In this document: positions 19,196 to 29,042 of the stretch, piece after piece
How positions within the stretch are numbered: the stretch's first letter is position 1
How the letters are laid out: every line of letters begins with the position of its first letter
From: an uncultured SAR116 cluster alpha proteobacterium
GTDB lineage: Bacteria > Pseudomonadota > Alphaproteobacteria > Puniceispirillales > Marisalimonadaceae
Direction of reading: 5' to 3'
NCBI GenBank assembly: GCA_902630555.1
Contig: CACOVB010000001.1
Location: 1-60,722 of the forward strand
DNA: 60,722 nt
The notes under the pieces: generated by a model
Databases searched by the model: none
Seen by the model: only the letters and a program-made list of their open reading frames with translations
Told to the model about the DNA's origin: nothing
Program-made: the position numbers and the translations under genes

Positions 19196-19854
19196 ATTAA
19201 GTTTTTGTTTAAAAACCCGACTGTTCTCTCAAATGCAATCCTTGAACAAACTTCATTGTATTGAGATCTATGGTCGCAATTAAATCCATGGTCAGCTGGA
19301 TAAGTAAATAATTTAATGTCAGGATTATTATTTTTAAATTTAAGAACGTCATTAATAGGGATGCCAGCATCTAATTCGCCAAAATGACACATAGAAGGAC
19401 ATTTTGTAGTTAATTTAGACGCAGGTATATCTCCACCATAATAAGAAATTGAACAGTTTATATTTGTTAATTCACACCCAGATCTATAAGCTAAAGAACC
19501 ACCCCAACAATAACCTACAACGCCAACTTTCCCTGCTGATTTTACATATTCAACCGAGGATTTGATTTCATTCAAAGATAATAAATTATATTTCTCTTTA
19601 AGAATTCTTCCTTTACTAATATCATTTTTTGTGTAATCAAGTTCTATATTCTTGCCTTCTCGATCAAACAGTGAGGGAGCAATAGTTAAATAACCTTCTT
19701 TCATAAATTTTTTACAAACTTCACGTATATGTTCATTTACACCAAATATTTCCTGAATTACAACTAACCCACCTTTTGGTTTAGAGTCTGGACGTGAAAT
19801 AAAAGCATTAAAATTATGATTATCTAGAGTTTTTAATTCTATAGTTTCGTTCAT
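19192..19854 (-). CDS. Dienelactone hydrolase family protein
   Basis: VVIQEIFGVN and GYCWGG nucleophile motif; about 220 aa. Confidence 0.8.
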   Translation of the reverse strand: MNETIELKTLDNHNFNAFISRPDSKPKGGLVVIQEIFGVNEHIREVCKKFMKEGYLTIAPSLFDREGKNIELDYTKNDISKGRILKEKYNLLSLNEIKSSVEYVKSAGKVGVVGYCWGGSLAYRSGCELTNINCSISYYGGDIPASKLTTKCPSMCHFGELDAGIPINDVLKFKNNNPDIKLFTYPADHGFNCDHRSQYNEVCSRIAFERTVGFLNKNLI

Positions 19855-19866
19855 TTTTCTCTCACC

Positions 19867-20967
19867 TTAAACATTAAATCTAAAATTGAAAATATCACCA
19901 TCTTTAACTATATAATCTGCACCTTCAATCCTTAATTTTCCAGCTTCCTTTGCTCCAGCTTCACCTTGGCAATTTAAGTAATCAATAGTTGAAATAGTCT
20001 CAGCTCTTATAAATCCTTTTTCTATATCTGTATGAATTTTACCTGCAGCCTTAGAAGCTTGTATGCCTTTTTCGATAGTCCACGCCCTGGCTTCTTTAGG
20101 ACCAATTGTAAAAAAAGTGATCAATTCAAGAAGAGTGTAGCCAGCTTTTATTAATCTTGACAAACCTGTTTCTGAAATTCCTAGATCCTTTATAAATTCA
20201 ATTTTATCATCATCATCTAATTGTGAGATTTCAGATTCGATTAACGTTGAAATATAAATTATTTTATTGTTTTTATTAACAAATTTGGTTTCTAGTTCTT
20301 TGGTAAAATTGTTGCCGTTTGATAAATCATTCTCTGAAACATTACAAACAAAAAGTTCTGGTTTTGACGTTATTAAAAACAATTTTTTTATAATTTCTTT
20401 TTCTTTCTCATTTATATTTAATAATTCATTTATTTTTTTTCCATCAGATAGAGCTTTATAAAGTTTTTCCATTACACCATATTGATATTTTAATTCTTTA
20501 TCTTCTGTGCGTATTTTCTTTTTAAGATTATTCATTTGTTTTTCTAAGCTATTTAAATCTGAAAGTATGAGCTCTGTATCAATAATTTCCTTATCTGAAA
20601 TTGGGTCTATAATATTATTGACATGCGTAATTTCTTTGTCTTCGAAACATCTTAAAACATGTAATATAGCATCAACTTCTCTAATATGTGATAAAAACTG
20701 ATTTCCAAGCCCTTCCCCTTTACTAGCTCCTTTAACTAAACCAGCAATATCTACAAATTGAATTTGAGTAGGAATTATATTTTTTGATTCTGCAATTTTT
20801 GCTAATTTATCTAGTCTATCATCTGGCACTATTACATTACCAACATTTGGTTCTATAGTGCAAAATGGATAATTTGCAGCCTCAGCTGATGTTGTTTGAG
20901 TTAATGCATTAAATAAAGTTGATTTTCCAACATTTGGTAATCCAACAATTCCACATTTAAATCCCAT
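19867..20967 (-). CDS. ychF: Redox-regulated ribosome-binding ATPase YchF
   Basis: MGFKCGIVGLPNVGKSTLFNALT, DIAGLVKGASKGEGLGNQFL, and a C-terminal TGS domain. Confidence 0.95.
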   Translation of the reverse strand: MGFKCGIVGLPNVGKSTLFNALTQTTSAEAANYPFCTIEPNVGNVIVPDDRLDKLAKIAESKNIIPTQIQFVDIAGLVKGASKGEGLGNQFLSHIREVDAILHVLRCFEDKEITHVNNIIDPISDKEIIDTELILSDLNSLEKQMNNLKKKIRTEDKELKYQYGVMEKLYKALSDGKKINELLNINEKEKEIIKKLFLITSKPELFVCNVSENDLSNGNNFTKELETKFVNKNNKIIYISTLIESEISQLDDDDKIEFIKDLGISETGLSRLIKAGYTLLELITFFTIGPKEARAWTIEKGIQASKAAGKIHTDIEKGFIRAETISTIDYLNCQGEAGAKEAGKLRIEGADYIVKDGDIFNFRFNV

Positions 20968-20983
20968 TTATAAGCCTTAAAAA

Positions 20984-21556
20984 TTATTTATTATTATTAA
21001 AATATTCAAATTCTTTTGAAATGAGATTTACTAAATTTTGTGATATAAAACTTAAATTTTTTTGTATTATATTTTCTTTTTCAATTTCAGTAAAGTCAGT
21101 TAAAACCCATTTCGAAACAATATGGCTTTTGTTTTCTATTCTGTCAACAAAAGGTCTGTCAACTCCCATTCTAATTCTGTGGTATGATGTTCCTATAAGA
21201 TTGTCTATGGATTTTAGACCGTTATGCCCATTATGGCCACCACCTTTTTTAACTTTAATTTCACCTAATTTCAGATCTATTTCATCGTGAAAAACAAATA
21301 CATTATCTATATCAATATTATAAAAAGATTTTATTTCTAATACACTTTCACCAGATAAATTCATATAAGTAGTTGGTTTTAGCAATATAACTTTATATGA
21401 TTCAATTAAACCTACGGAAAAAGAAGATTTAGTTTTTTTTTTAAAATTAGGTAACTCATAATTTTTTGCTAAATGATCAATGACCATATAGCCAATGTTA
21501 TGTCTATTATAGTAATATTTTGTACCTGGGTTACCTAATCCAACTAAAAGATACAT
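20984..21556 (-). CDS. pth: Peptidyl-tRNA hydrolase
   Basis: LLVGLGNPG..Y...RHNIG and GGHNGHNGLKSI. Confidence 0.93.
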   Translation of the reverse strand: MYLLVGLGNPGTKYYYNRHNIGYMVIDHLAKNYELPNFKKKTKSSFSVGLIESYKVILLKPTTYMNLSGESVLEIKSFYNIDIDNVFVFHDEIDLKLGEIKVKKGGGHNGHNGLKSIDNLIGTSYHRIRMGVDRPFVDRIENKSHIVSKWVLTDFTEIEKENIIQKNLSFISQNLVNLISKEFEYFNNNK

Positions 21557-21565
21557 TTATGTACA

Positions 21566-22222
21566 CTATTCTTCTTTTTTATCCTCAGTTTTCTCTTCAG
21601 TTTCTTCTGTTGCCTGCTCTTCAGTTGTTTCATCTTCTTCGTCAGAATCAGACATTCCGCCTCTTGGGGCAGCAATAGTAGCAACTGTAAAATCACGATC
21701 TGTTATAGTTGGCGTGCAGTTTTCAGGTAAACTTATAGAGCTAATATGTATAGTATCACCAACATTCAGCCCTTCTAAATCAACAGTAATTTTTTCTGGG
21801 ATAGCTGTAGCTGGACAATTTAACTCAACTTGTGATCTCACTACATTCAAAACTCCACCAAATTTTATGCCGTTACATTTATCTTCATTTATAAACTCAA
21901 CAGTGATACCCACGTTGACATAAGATTTGTCTGTAACTCTTAAAAAATCAATATGTAAAGTATCTTCCGTCACTGGATGAAATTGGATATCTCTTGGTAA
22001 AACAAAGTGTTTTCCGTCTTTGGTTTCAATATTAATAAGTTGTCCAAAAATACCAGGCTTTTGCATTAAAAAAAACCATTCTTTTTTTTCTAAAGAAATT
22101 GGTATTGGTTTTTCTTTATTACCATAAATAACAGCTGGTATAAGATTATTTTTTCTAGCAAATCTGGCAGACCCCTTACCAACCTTGTCTCTTAGATTTG
22201 CTTTTAAATCAATTGCTTCCAT
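21566..22222 (-). CDS. rplY: 50S ribosomal protein L25 / general stress protein Ctc form, with acidic C-terminal tail
   Basis: R..GKG.AR..R....IPAVIYG, HPV.....HIDF, and its position in the conserved pth-rplY-prs cluster. Confidence 0.9.
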   Translation of the reverse strand: MEAIDLKANLRDKVGKGSARFARKNNLIPAVIYGNKEKPIPISLEKKEWFFLMQKPGIFGQLINIETKDGKHFVLPRDIQFHPVTEDTLHIDFLRVTDKSYVNVGITVEFINEDKCNGIKFGGVLNVVRSQVELNCPATAIPEKITVDLEGLNVGDTIHISSISLPENCTPTITDRDFTVATIAAPRGGMSDSDEEDETTEEQATEETEEKTEDKKEE

Positions 22223-22317
22223 TTTTTAAAAACTCCATAAATAATTAATTGCCTCCAGGGGTGCAATAAGTAAGAATTAATAACCTTTTATTATTAAAAT
22301 GAAAAGAAAAATATTAA

Positions 22318-23250
22318 TTAATCAAACAAACTTGATACTGAAGATTCTGTATGTACTCTTCTTATAGCTTCTCCAAGTATAGTTGCTATTGAAATTTGTC
22401 TAATATTTGAAGCTAATTTGATTGGTTCAGTTGCTTGAATAGAGTCAGTCGTAACTAAATTTTGCAAAGGTGAATTTAGGACCCTAGACACTGCAGACCC
22501 CGACAGTACACCATGAGTCACATATGCATCAACAGAAATTGCTCCAGCTGAAACTAAAGCTTGAGCTGCATTACATAACGTACCACCAGAATCAACAATA
22601 TCATCAACTAAAATACAATGATGTTTAGATACATCACCTATTATATTCATAACTTCAGATGCACCAGGTTTTTCTCTTCTTTTATCAATAATTGCAAGTC
22701 CAGCATTAATTCTTCTTGCTATAGCTCTTGCTCTTAATACTCCTCCAACATCTGGGGATACAACTATAGTGGGGACATCTGAATATCTATCTTTAATATC
22801 TTTAGCAAAAACTGGTGCTGTAAAAAGATTATCTGTGGGAATATCAAAAAAGCCTTGTATTTGTCCTGCATGCAAATCCATTGTAAGAACTCTATCTGCA
22901 CCAGCTGAAGTTATTAAGTTAGCTACAAGTTTTGCAGAAATTGGTGTTCTTGGACCTGACTTTCTATCCTGTCTCGCATAGCCAAAATAAGGAATTACAG
23001 CCGTTATTCTTTTTGCACTTGCTCTTCTTAATGCGTCTAATGTAACTAGTAATTCCATTAAATTATCATTTGCAGGATATGAGGTTGATTGTATGACAAA
23101 CATATCTTCACCTCTAACGTTTTCCTTAACCTCAACAAAAACTTCCATATCAGAGAATCTTTTAACTTCTGCATCCACTAGTTTTAAATTTAATTCTTTT
23201 GAGATTGAATCAGCTAAGGGCAAATTTGAATTACAAGAAAGTATTTTCAT
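22318..23250 (-). CDS. prs: Ribose-phosphate pyrophosphokinase
   Basis: [34 protein letters not shown]. Confidence 0.95.
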   Translation of the reverse strand: MKILSCNSNLPLADSISKELNLKLVDAEVKRFSDMEVFVEVKENVRGEDMFVIQSTSYPANDNLMELLVTLDALRRASAKRITAVIPYFGYARQDRKSGPRTPISAKLVANLITSAGADRVLTMDLHAGQIQGFFDIPTDNLFTAPVFAKDIKDRYSDVPTIVVSPDVGGVLRARAIARRINAGLAIIDKRREKPGASEVMNIIGDVSKHHCILVDDIVDSGGTLCNAAQALVSAGAISVDAYVTHGVLSGSAVSRVLNSPLQNLVTTDSIQATEPIKLASNIRQISIATILGEAIRRVHTESSVSSLFD

Positions 23251-23347
23251 GAATAAACCTTAAAACAAAATTCTCTATATAAATAACATAATGAAACTAC
23301 CAATAATTATTAAGAAAATAAAGATAATTAAATGTGGCATGATAAAT

Positions 23348-24115
23348 TTATTTTAATCCTATAACTGATACTTGACGACCTGTTGCTTTTTTCAAGCTAT
23401 CACTCTTTCTGTTTTGTGTAGTTCTTCTATAACTAAAAAAATTTTTATTCAAATACGTATCTATCTCGACATCACTAATGTTGTTTATTTCATTTAAATT
23501 TAACTTATGTTTTATGAATAAAGGTAAATTAAAAAAATATTTTTTTGATTTTTCAACAAGAATTTTATTATTTGATTTATATTCAGTAGTACATTCAATT
23601 TTTATAACTAAATCATTGCCAATTTCATATGAGTGTTGTTGGATTGTTGGGCCTATAATAGAAAGGATGTTTTTCCTCAAACTTCCAATTTCAATCATTT
23701 TATTTATTGTATTTTCTATAATCCCATTAAGAGCACCTCGCCAACCTGCATGACAAGCAGCAATAATATCATTATTTAAGTCAAGAAAAAAAATTGGAGC
23801 ACAATCAGCAGTAAGTATTGACAAACCTATATTTTTTAAATTGGTAACAACTCCATCAACATTTAATTTAGAAGATAATTGTTTTTTATCTTCTAAAAAA
23901 AAGACTTTGTTAGAGTGAATTTGATTAATAAAAAAAAGATCATTTAAGCAAATCATATCTTTAACTAAGTTTCTATTTTCTATAATATTTTCATAGGAAT
24001 CTTGAGTATTAAAACTACAGTTAAGACTATTATATGGGAAAGATGAAAAACCTCTTTCTGCTGAAAAAAAATTGTAATGTATGTTTTTAATTTTACTAAA
24101 TTGATATTTTGTCAT
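23348..24115 (-). CDS. pgeF: Peptidoglycan editing factor PgeF / YfiH (DUF152, laccase-domain protein)
   Basis: LTADCAPIFF and CHAGWRG motifs; about 255 aa. Confidence 0.8.
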   Translation of the reverse strand: MTKYQFSKIKNIHYNFFSAERGFSSFPYNSLNCSFNTQDSYENIIENRNLVKDMICLNDLFFINQIHSNKVFFLEDKKQLSSKLNVDGVVTNLKNIGLSILTADCAPIFFLDLNNDIIAACHAGWRGALNGIIENTINKMIEIGSLRKNILSIIGPTIQQHSYEIGNDLVIKIECTTEYKSNNKILVEKSKKYFFNLPLFIKHKLNLNEINNISDVEIDTYLNKNFFSYRRTTQNRKSDSLKKATGRQVSVIGLK

Positions 24116-24124
24116 TTATTATTT

Positions 24125-25246
24125 TTACAATTTAAAAATTGGTACAAAAAGATTTTTATCACTAAAACAATTTACTTTAAATATATCACCCATTTGTCTT
24201 TTTGAAATAAGTCTCTCATATCCAGAGAGCAAATCTCTTCTTTCAAATTCATTTGCATTTAAAGACAAATTTTCAATTCTTTTATTTATACCCATTTCCA
24301 ATAAAAATTCTCTTTGTGTTTTAAGCTGGTAATACTGTAAATTTTTATTTTCTACAATTTGTTCTATATTACTAAAGTCAACTAAAGATGAATAATCACT
24401 TTCACCGATTTTATTAAATAAATTACTTCTTTCATTTTTAAATACTGATTGAAGTGTATCACCATAAGGGTCGTTTTTACCATAATCAATTAACAAGTTA
24501 GCACCTTTATTCTCAAGAATTATGTCACAAATTTGATTTATATGTGATAATACAAAAGGTGAGTGTTCTATAGTTGTTTCCTCATTTAATTTATCAAAGT
24601 CTTTTTTGATAATATTTGATATAAAAGGAATATCTTGAGGTTCTAAAACTTTTTCATCGAAAAAAAAGTTGTTTTTATCAAGTCTTACAATTTTTTTAGT
24701 ATATATATTTTTTGTTTTATAAAATTTATATTGATTGATAGGAAGACAATCAAAAAATTCATTTGAAATAATAATTGTCGGATTATCATTTAGCTGATCC
24801 TTAATTTTAAAAATATTATTATACCATTTCAATTCGTGACCATATTGTTTTAAATTTTCCTTTTGATAGGATTTTAAAACTTTACTAAACTCTAATAGGT
24901 GGATTTTAATTTTTATATTCTCTTTTTGTTGAGAAAAAATTCTTAATATGTCTCTCATTAAAGTACCTTTTCCAGGGCCTAGTTCAAGCAAATTAATATT
25001 ATGAAAATGATTTTCTCTACATAGTTGTAAAATCCATATACCTACTAATTCACCAAATAACTGAGAAATTTCTGGCGCTGTTATGAAATGTCCTTCTTTT
25101 CCAATTAATTCATTTTTTTGTCTATTAATTGAATTATAAAATCCAAATTGTTTATCATACAAAATAACATCTAAAAAAGTATTAAGATCAAGATAATTAT
25201 TTTTTATCAATAATTTCTTTAAATGATTAATTAATTTGTTGTTCAT
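24125..25246 (-). CDS. SAM-dependent methyltransferase, NDUFAF7/MidA family (DUF185)
   Basis: GHFITAPEISQLFGE and LLELGPGKGTLMRD. Confidence 0.8.
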   Translation of the reverse strand: MNNKLINHLKKLLIKNNYLDLNTFLDVILYDKQFGFYNSINRQKNELIGKEGHFITAPEISQLFGELVGIWILQLCRENHFHNINLLELGPGKGTLMRDILRIFSQQKENIKIKIHLLEFSKVLKSYQKENLKQYGHELKWYNNIFKIKDQLNDNPTIIISNEFFDCLPINQYKFYKTKNIYTKKIVRLDKNNFFFDEKVLEPQDIPFISNIIKKDFDKLNEETTIEHSPFVLSHINQICDIILENKGANLLIDYGKNDPYGDTLQSVFKNERSNLFNKIGESDYSSLVDFSNIEQIVENKNLQYYQLKTQREFLLEMGINKRIENLSLNANEFERRDLLSGYERLISKRQMGDIFKVNCFSDKNLFVPIFKL

Positions 25247-26024
25247 TTAATTTTTTTACATATACCAAAAGTAATATTCCACATGCAATCATAGGGATAC
25301 ATAATAACTGTCCCATTGATAAAAAATTCCATAACAAACCAATATGGGCATCAGGTTCTCTTAGAGTTTCAATAAAGAATCTAAAAATACCGTAAAGGAT
25401 AAGAAAAAGACTAGATATTATGCCAGACTTTGATTTAAGGTTTGAAAAGAAAAAAAGACAATTTAAAATTATAAATAAAATTAACCCTTCAAAAAATGCT
25501 TCATATAATTGACTAGGGTGTCTTGGTAATTCACCACCTCTTGGAAATATTATGCCAAATGTATGGTCTGTGACTTTGCCATATAATTCACCATTAATGA
25601 AGTTTGCAATTCTTCCAAAAAAAATACCAATTGGTGATACTAGACAAATAATGTCTGTTAAATCAAAAAAAGATTTATTATTTTTTGAGCTGAACCAACC
25701 AATAGAAATTATGATTCCAACCATGGCTCCATGGAATGACATTCCACCATTCCATATTTTAAGTATTTCAAATGGATTATAAAAATAAAATTCTAAATTA
25801 TAAAAGAAAACATATCCTAATCTTCCCCCAATAATTATTCCTAAAATTAAATAATTTAATAAATCATAGACATCATTTTTTGTTATATTTTTTTTATAAG
25901 TAATTATAAATTTATTTATTAAAATTAAGCCAATCAAAATGCCAATTATATATGATAAGGAATACCATCTAACAGCTAGGGGACCAATTGTGAAAGCTAT
26001 CGGATCAATTGCTGGAAAATTCAT
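25227..26024 (-). CDS. lgt: Prolipoprotein diacylglyceryl transferase
   Basis: IDPIAF.IGP..VRWY, GGRLGYV, GGMSFHG, GRIANFINGELYG. Confidence 0.92.
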   Translation of the reverse strand: MNFPAIDPIAFTIGPLAVRWYSLSYIIGILIGLILINKFIITYKKNITKNDVYDLLNYLILGIIIGGRLGYVFFYNLEFYFYNPFEILKIWNGGMSFHGAMVGIIISIGWFSSKNNKSFFDLTDIICLVSPIGIFFGRIANFINGELYGKVTDHTFGIIFPRGGELPRHPSQLYEAFFEGLILFIILNCLFFFSNLKSKSGIISSLFLILYGIFRFFIETLREPDAHIGLLWNFLSMGQLLCIPMIACGILLLVYVKKLNEQQIN

Positions 26025-26088
26025 AATTTTTGTATATAAGTTGAATTAGTATAGTATTTATAATTAAATATAGATGATAGGTAGAAAT

Positions 26089-26310
26089 ATGAAAGACAAA
26101 AATTTTTTTAACGACAGTAAATCAATTGCATATGGAATTTTATCTACTTTTTCAGGTATTAAAAGTGAGATTGAAAATTTAATTAATATTAAAATTGAAA
26201 AATATTTAAATAAAAAAGGTTACGTAACACGTGAAGATTTTCATGCATTAGAAGATAGAGTAAACAAATTATCTTTAGAAATAAAAGTATCAAAAGCTAA
26301 AAAAAAATGA
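26089..26310 (+). CDS. UbiK/YqiC-like small coiled-coil accessory protein (tentative)
   Basis: About 75 aa with a C-terminal coiled coil carrying VTREDFHALEDRVNKL, as in the BMFP/UbiK family. It lies upstream of proC, as I recall for other Alphaproteobacteria. ATG 26074 is an alternative start. Confidence 0.5.
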   Translation: MKDKNFFNDSKSIAYGILSTFSGIKSEIENLINIKIEKYLNKKGYVTREDFHALEDRVNKLSLEIKVSKAKKK

Positions 26311-26330
26311 ACTAAATATGGACTTTGAAT

Positions 26331-27146
26331 ATGAATCATATTGTATTAATTGGGCATGGAAAAATGGGATCAGCCCTTGCAAAAGGTTGGGTAAAAGAAA
26401 ACTCTCAGTATAAAATTTCAATAATTGAAAAAGAAGAACTATTGTTAAATTATAAAAAATTTACAAATGTAAAAGTATACAAAAATTTCAATGAATTTTT
26501 TACAGAAAATAAAGAAATTGATTTTGTTGTTCTTGCTATAAAACCTCAACAATTAAATGATATTAAAAATGATATATTAAAATTTGAAAATAAAAGTACA
26601 GTTTTTATATCAATTTTAGCTGGAAAATCTGTTAGTTGGTTTAAAGAAAATATTTCTACTGAAATAAAAATAGTTAGAGCAATGCCTAATTTACCAGCCT
26701 CTATATCAAGGGGTGTTACAGCTATATATTGTTCTAGTTCTATATTACCAAATGAAAAGCTTATTATAGAAGAACTATTATCATCAATCGGTACAGTTTC
26801 TTTTGTTTCAAATGAAGAACAAATTGATTTAATAACTGCAATCTCTGGATCAGGGCCAGCTTACTTCTTTTATTTAACGGAAGCTTTAACTGAAATTGCT
26901 ATAGATTTAGGAATATCTAAAGACGACGCTACGAATTTTGCTAAAAACACTTTTATTGGTTCAGCCATTTTACTAGACTCTGATAATATTAATAATGCTA
27001 CTTCTCTTAGAAAAAATGTTACTAGTCCAGGTGGAACAACAGAAGCAGCTTTAAAAATTCTAATGAATGAAGAAGAAGGTTTAAAGATTATATTAAAAAA
27101 AGCTGTATTAAATGCTATAAATAGAGCACACGAACTAAAAAATTAA
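26331..27146 (+). CDS. proC: Pyrroline-5-carboxylate reductase
   Basis: IGHGKMG Rossmann motif, VRAMPN, SGSGPAYFF, VTSPGGTTEAAL. ATG 26331 is preferred over TTG 26325. Confidence 0.9.
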   Translation: MNHIVLIGHGKMGSALAKGWVKENSQYKISIIEKEELLLNYKKFTNVKVYKNFNEFFTENKEIDFVVLAIKPQQLNDIKNDILKFENKSTVFISILAGKSVSWFKENISTEIKIVRAMPNLPASISRGVTAIYCSSSILPNEKLIIEELLSSIGTVSFVSNEEQIDLITAISGSGPAYFFYLTEALTEIAIDLGISKDDATNFAKNTFIGSAILLDSDNINNATSLRKNVTSPGGTTEAALKILMNEEEGLKIILKKAVLNAINRAHELKN

Positions 27147-27150
27147 AAAG

Positions 27151-27735
27151 ATGAATAATTTTGAAATAAAATATTTAATTGCCGATGAGTATATTAATTC
27201 GGTAATAAGAGAAAAAAAATTTGATATAGATTTGATTTCAAAAAAATTAAAAATAGATAACTCTATCATAAAAACATTATTCCCTTATAGTGAAGAAATC
27301 AATAAATTAGAGTATTTGAAATTATTTAATTCGAAAATTGACGATGAAATATTAATTTTTTTAAATAAAGAAATAAGAGATGAAGATGCTTCATATTTTG
27401 AAAAAATTTTAGAAGCTTTTTTTATAAAATTTGAAAATTTAGATAAATATAAAAAAGCATTAATTTTTTTAAGTGCTAAAAAAAGAGATAAATTTTTAAA
27501 CTTTTTAATTTTAAACAATCAAAATCATAAATTTATTTTAAAGTTAATGAAATGTTGCGGTGACAAGGATCCATATTTTAAATTAAATATAAAAGCAACC
27601 ATATTAAATTCTCTTTATATTAAGAATTTAAACGAACTTTTAAATAGAAAAGAAATAACTATTGATAAGATTATGAGTAATTTAGATCAGGATTTAAAGA
27701 AAGTGTTTGAATTACCATTTTTATTTAAAAATTAA
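27151..27735 (+). CDS. Hypothetical protein (all-helical, 194 aa); possibly a COQ9/TetR-fold protein
   Basis: Co-directional with proC and 4 nt downstream of it. Lys/Leu-rich helical composition with no motif I can assign with confidence. Confidence 0.4.
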   Translation: MNNFEIKYLIADEYINSVIREKKFDIDLISKKLKIDNSIIKTLFPYSEEINKLEYLKLFNSKIDDEILIFLNKEIRDEDASYFEKILEAFFIKFENLDKYKKALIFLSAKKRDKFLNFLILNNQNHKFILKLMKCCGDKDPYFKLNIKATILNSLYIKNLNELLNRKEITIDKIMSNLDQDLKKVFELPFLFKN

Positions 27736-29042
27736 ACTGGTAATAATATTCTAGCTCTTAATCCACCTAATGGACTATCCTCTAAAATGAGTTCACCACC
27801 GTGCGAAAGTATGGAATTATTTGCAATTGAAAGCCCAAGACCTATTCCTCCTGTATTTTTGTTTCTTGAATGTTCTAGCCTATTAAAAGGTAGAAGTGCT
27901 TCTTCTCTTTTGTCACGAGGTATTCCTGGCCCATTATCATCAATTACAACTTCACAATGATCATCAAATAATCGAGTAGAAATTTTAGCTTTTCCAGCAT
28001 ATTTAATGGCGTTGTTCAACAAATTTATTAATGCTCGATTGATTGATCTTACTTGCATAGGGAAGATGGGTAGTTCAGATGAAGGTGGAGATATTTCGAT
28101 TTTATTTAAGCTAGGATCTGATGATTTGGCTGCTAATTGAACAATTTTAAATAAATTTGCTTCTACCATTTCCTCTTCTCTATCATCTTTTGCAAACTCT
28201 AAATAACCTTTTATCATTTCTTCCATTTCATCAAGATCTTCTCCTAAATTATTTTTGAGATTAGTATTTTCATTGAGTAATTCTAGTTGTAATTTCATTC
28301 TTGTTATTGGAGTTCTTAAATCATGACTCACACCTGCAAGTAATTCCATTCTTTCTGTAATTTGTTTTTTTATTCTATGTCTCATAGCCTGAAAAGCTCT
28401 ACCAGCTAATCTTACTTCGGTAGCACCTTCAATATTATAATTTTTTACATCTCGACCAAAACCAATCTGACGAGCAGCATTTGCTAAATTTAAAATTGGT
28501 CTAACTTGACCTCTTAGAAAAATTATTGCAATAGAAAATAAAATTACTGACGAACCAATAGACCATACAATAAATGTTAGACCGGTTGATGCAAATAACC
28601 GTTTTTTTTCAATAGTCATTCTTACGATTCCATTAGCTAATTGTATGTCAGCTACTATTTGCCCAGTATTTTCCTGAGTTGATAAATAAAAAGGCTTTTT
28701 TATTCTTAAATATAAAGCATCTCTGAAATTAAAAAATTTTTTGTCTAAATTTTGATTTGGTTTTAATATACCTCCTTCTAGCCAATAAAATATAAAATTA
28801 AAATATTGTCTTGCTTTTGTTGCAGATAATGATCTTTCATCTTTAGAGGGATTTGAGCCAAGCTCATCAATTAAAAGTCCTATATCATTTGCTAGATTTT
28901 TTGACATATGTCTTGAGACTGAATCCCAGTGTCTTTCATAAAAAATAAAGACAGAAATTATTTGAACTAATATTATAGGGACAAGAATGATGGATAACAT
29001 TCGTCCAAACAAGCTTTTTGGAGTAATATTTCTAAGCCTCAT
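27732..29042 (-). CDS. Two-component sensor histidine kinase, EnvZ-like
   Basis: MRLRNITPKSLFGR N-terminus, two TM helices, a HAMP domain, H-box AGVSHDLRTPITR, N-box NLLNNAIKY, and G-boxes DDNGPGI and GGIGLGL. ATG 29042 is preferred over TTG 29048. It overlaps the regulator gene by 11 nt. Confidence 0.88.
   Translation of the reverse strand: MRLRNITPKSLFGRMLSIILVPIILVQIISVFIFYERHWDSVSRHMSKNLANDIGLLIDELGSNPSKDERSLSATKARQYFNFIFYWLEGGILKPNQNLDKKFFNFRDALYLRIKKPFYLSTQENTGQIVADIQLANGIVRMTIEKKRLFASTGLTFIVWSIGSSVILFSIAIIFLRGQVRPILNLANAARQIGFGRDVKNYNIEGATEVRLAGRAFQAMRHRIKKQITERMELLAGVSHDLRTPITRMKLQLELLNENTNLKNNLGEDLDEMEEMIKGYLEFAKDDREEEMVEANLFKIVQLAAKSSDPSLNKIEISPPSSELPIFPMQVRSINRALINLLNNAIKYAGKAKISTRLFDDHCEVVIDDNGPGIPRDKREEALLPFNRLEHSRNKNTGGIGLGLSIANNSILSHGGELILEDSPLGGLRARILLPV

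Noticed and set aside
23275-23340. 21-codon hydrophobic micro-ORF (MPHLIIFIFLIIIGSFIMLFI) on the minus strand in the pgeF-prs spacer
   Set aside because: It has no SD. In DNA this AT-rich, TTT/ATT/TTA-type codons give hydrophobic peptides by chance, and 22 codons is not a significant length. It would only be worth revisiting if conserved in relatives or seen in ribosome profiling.
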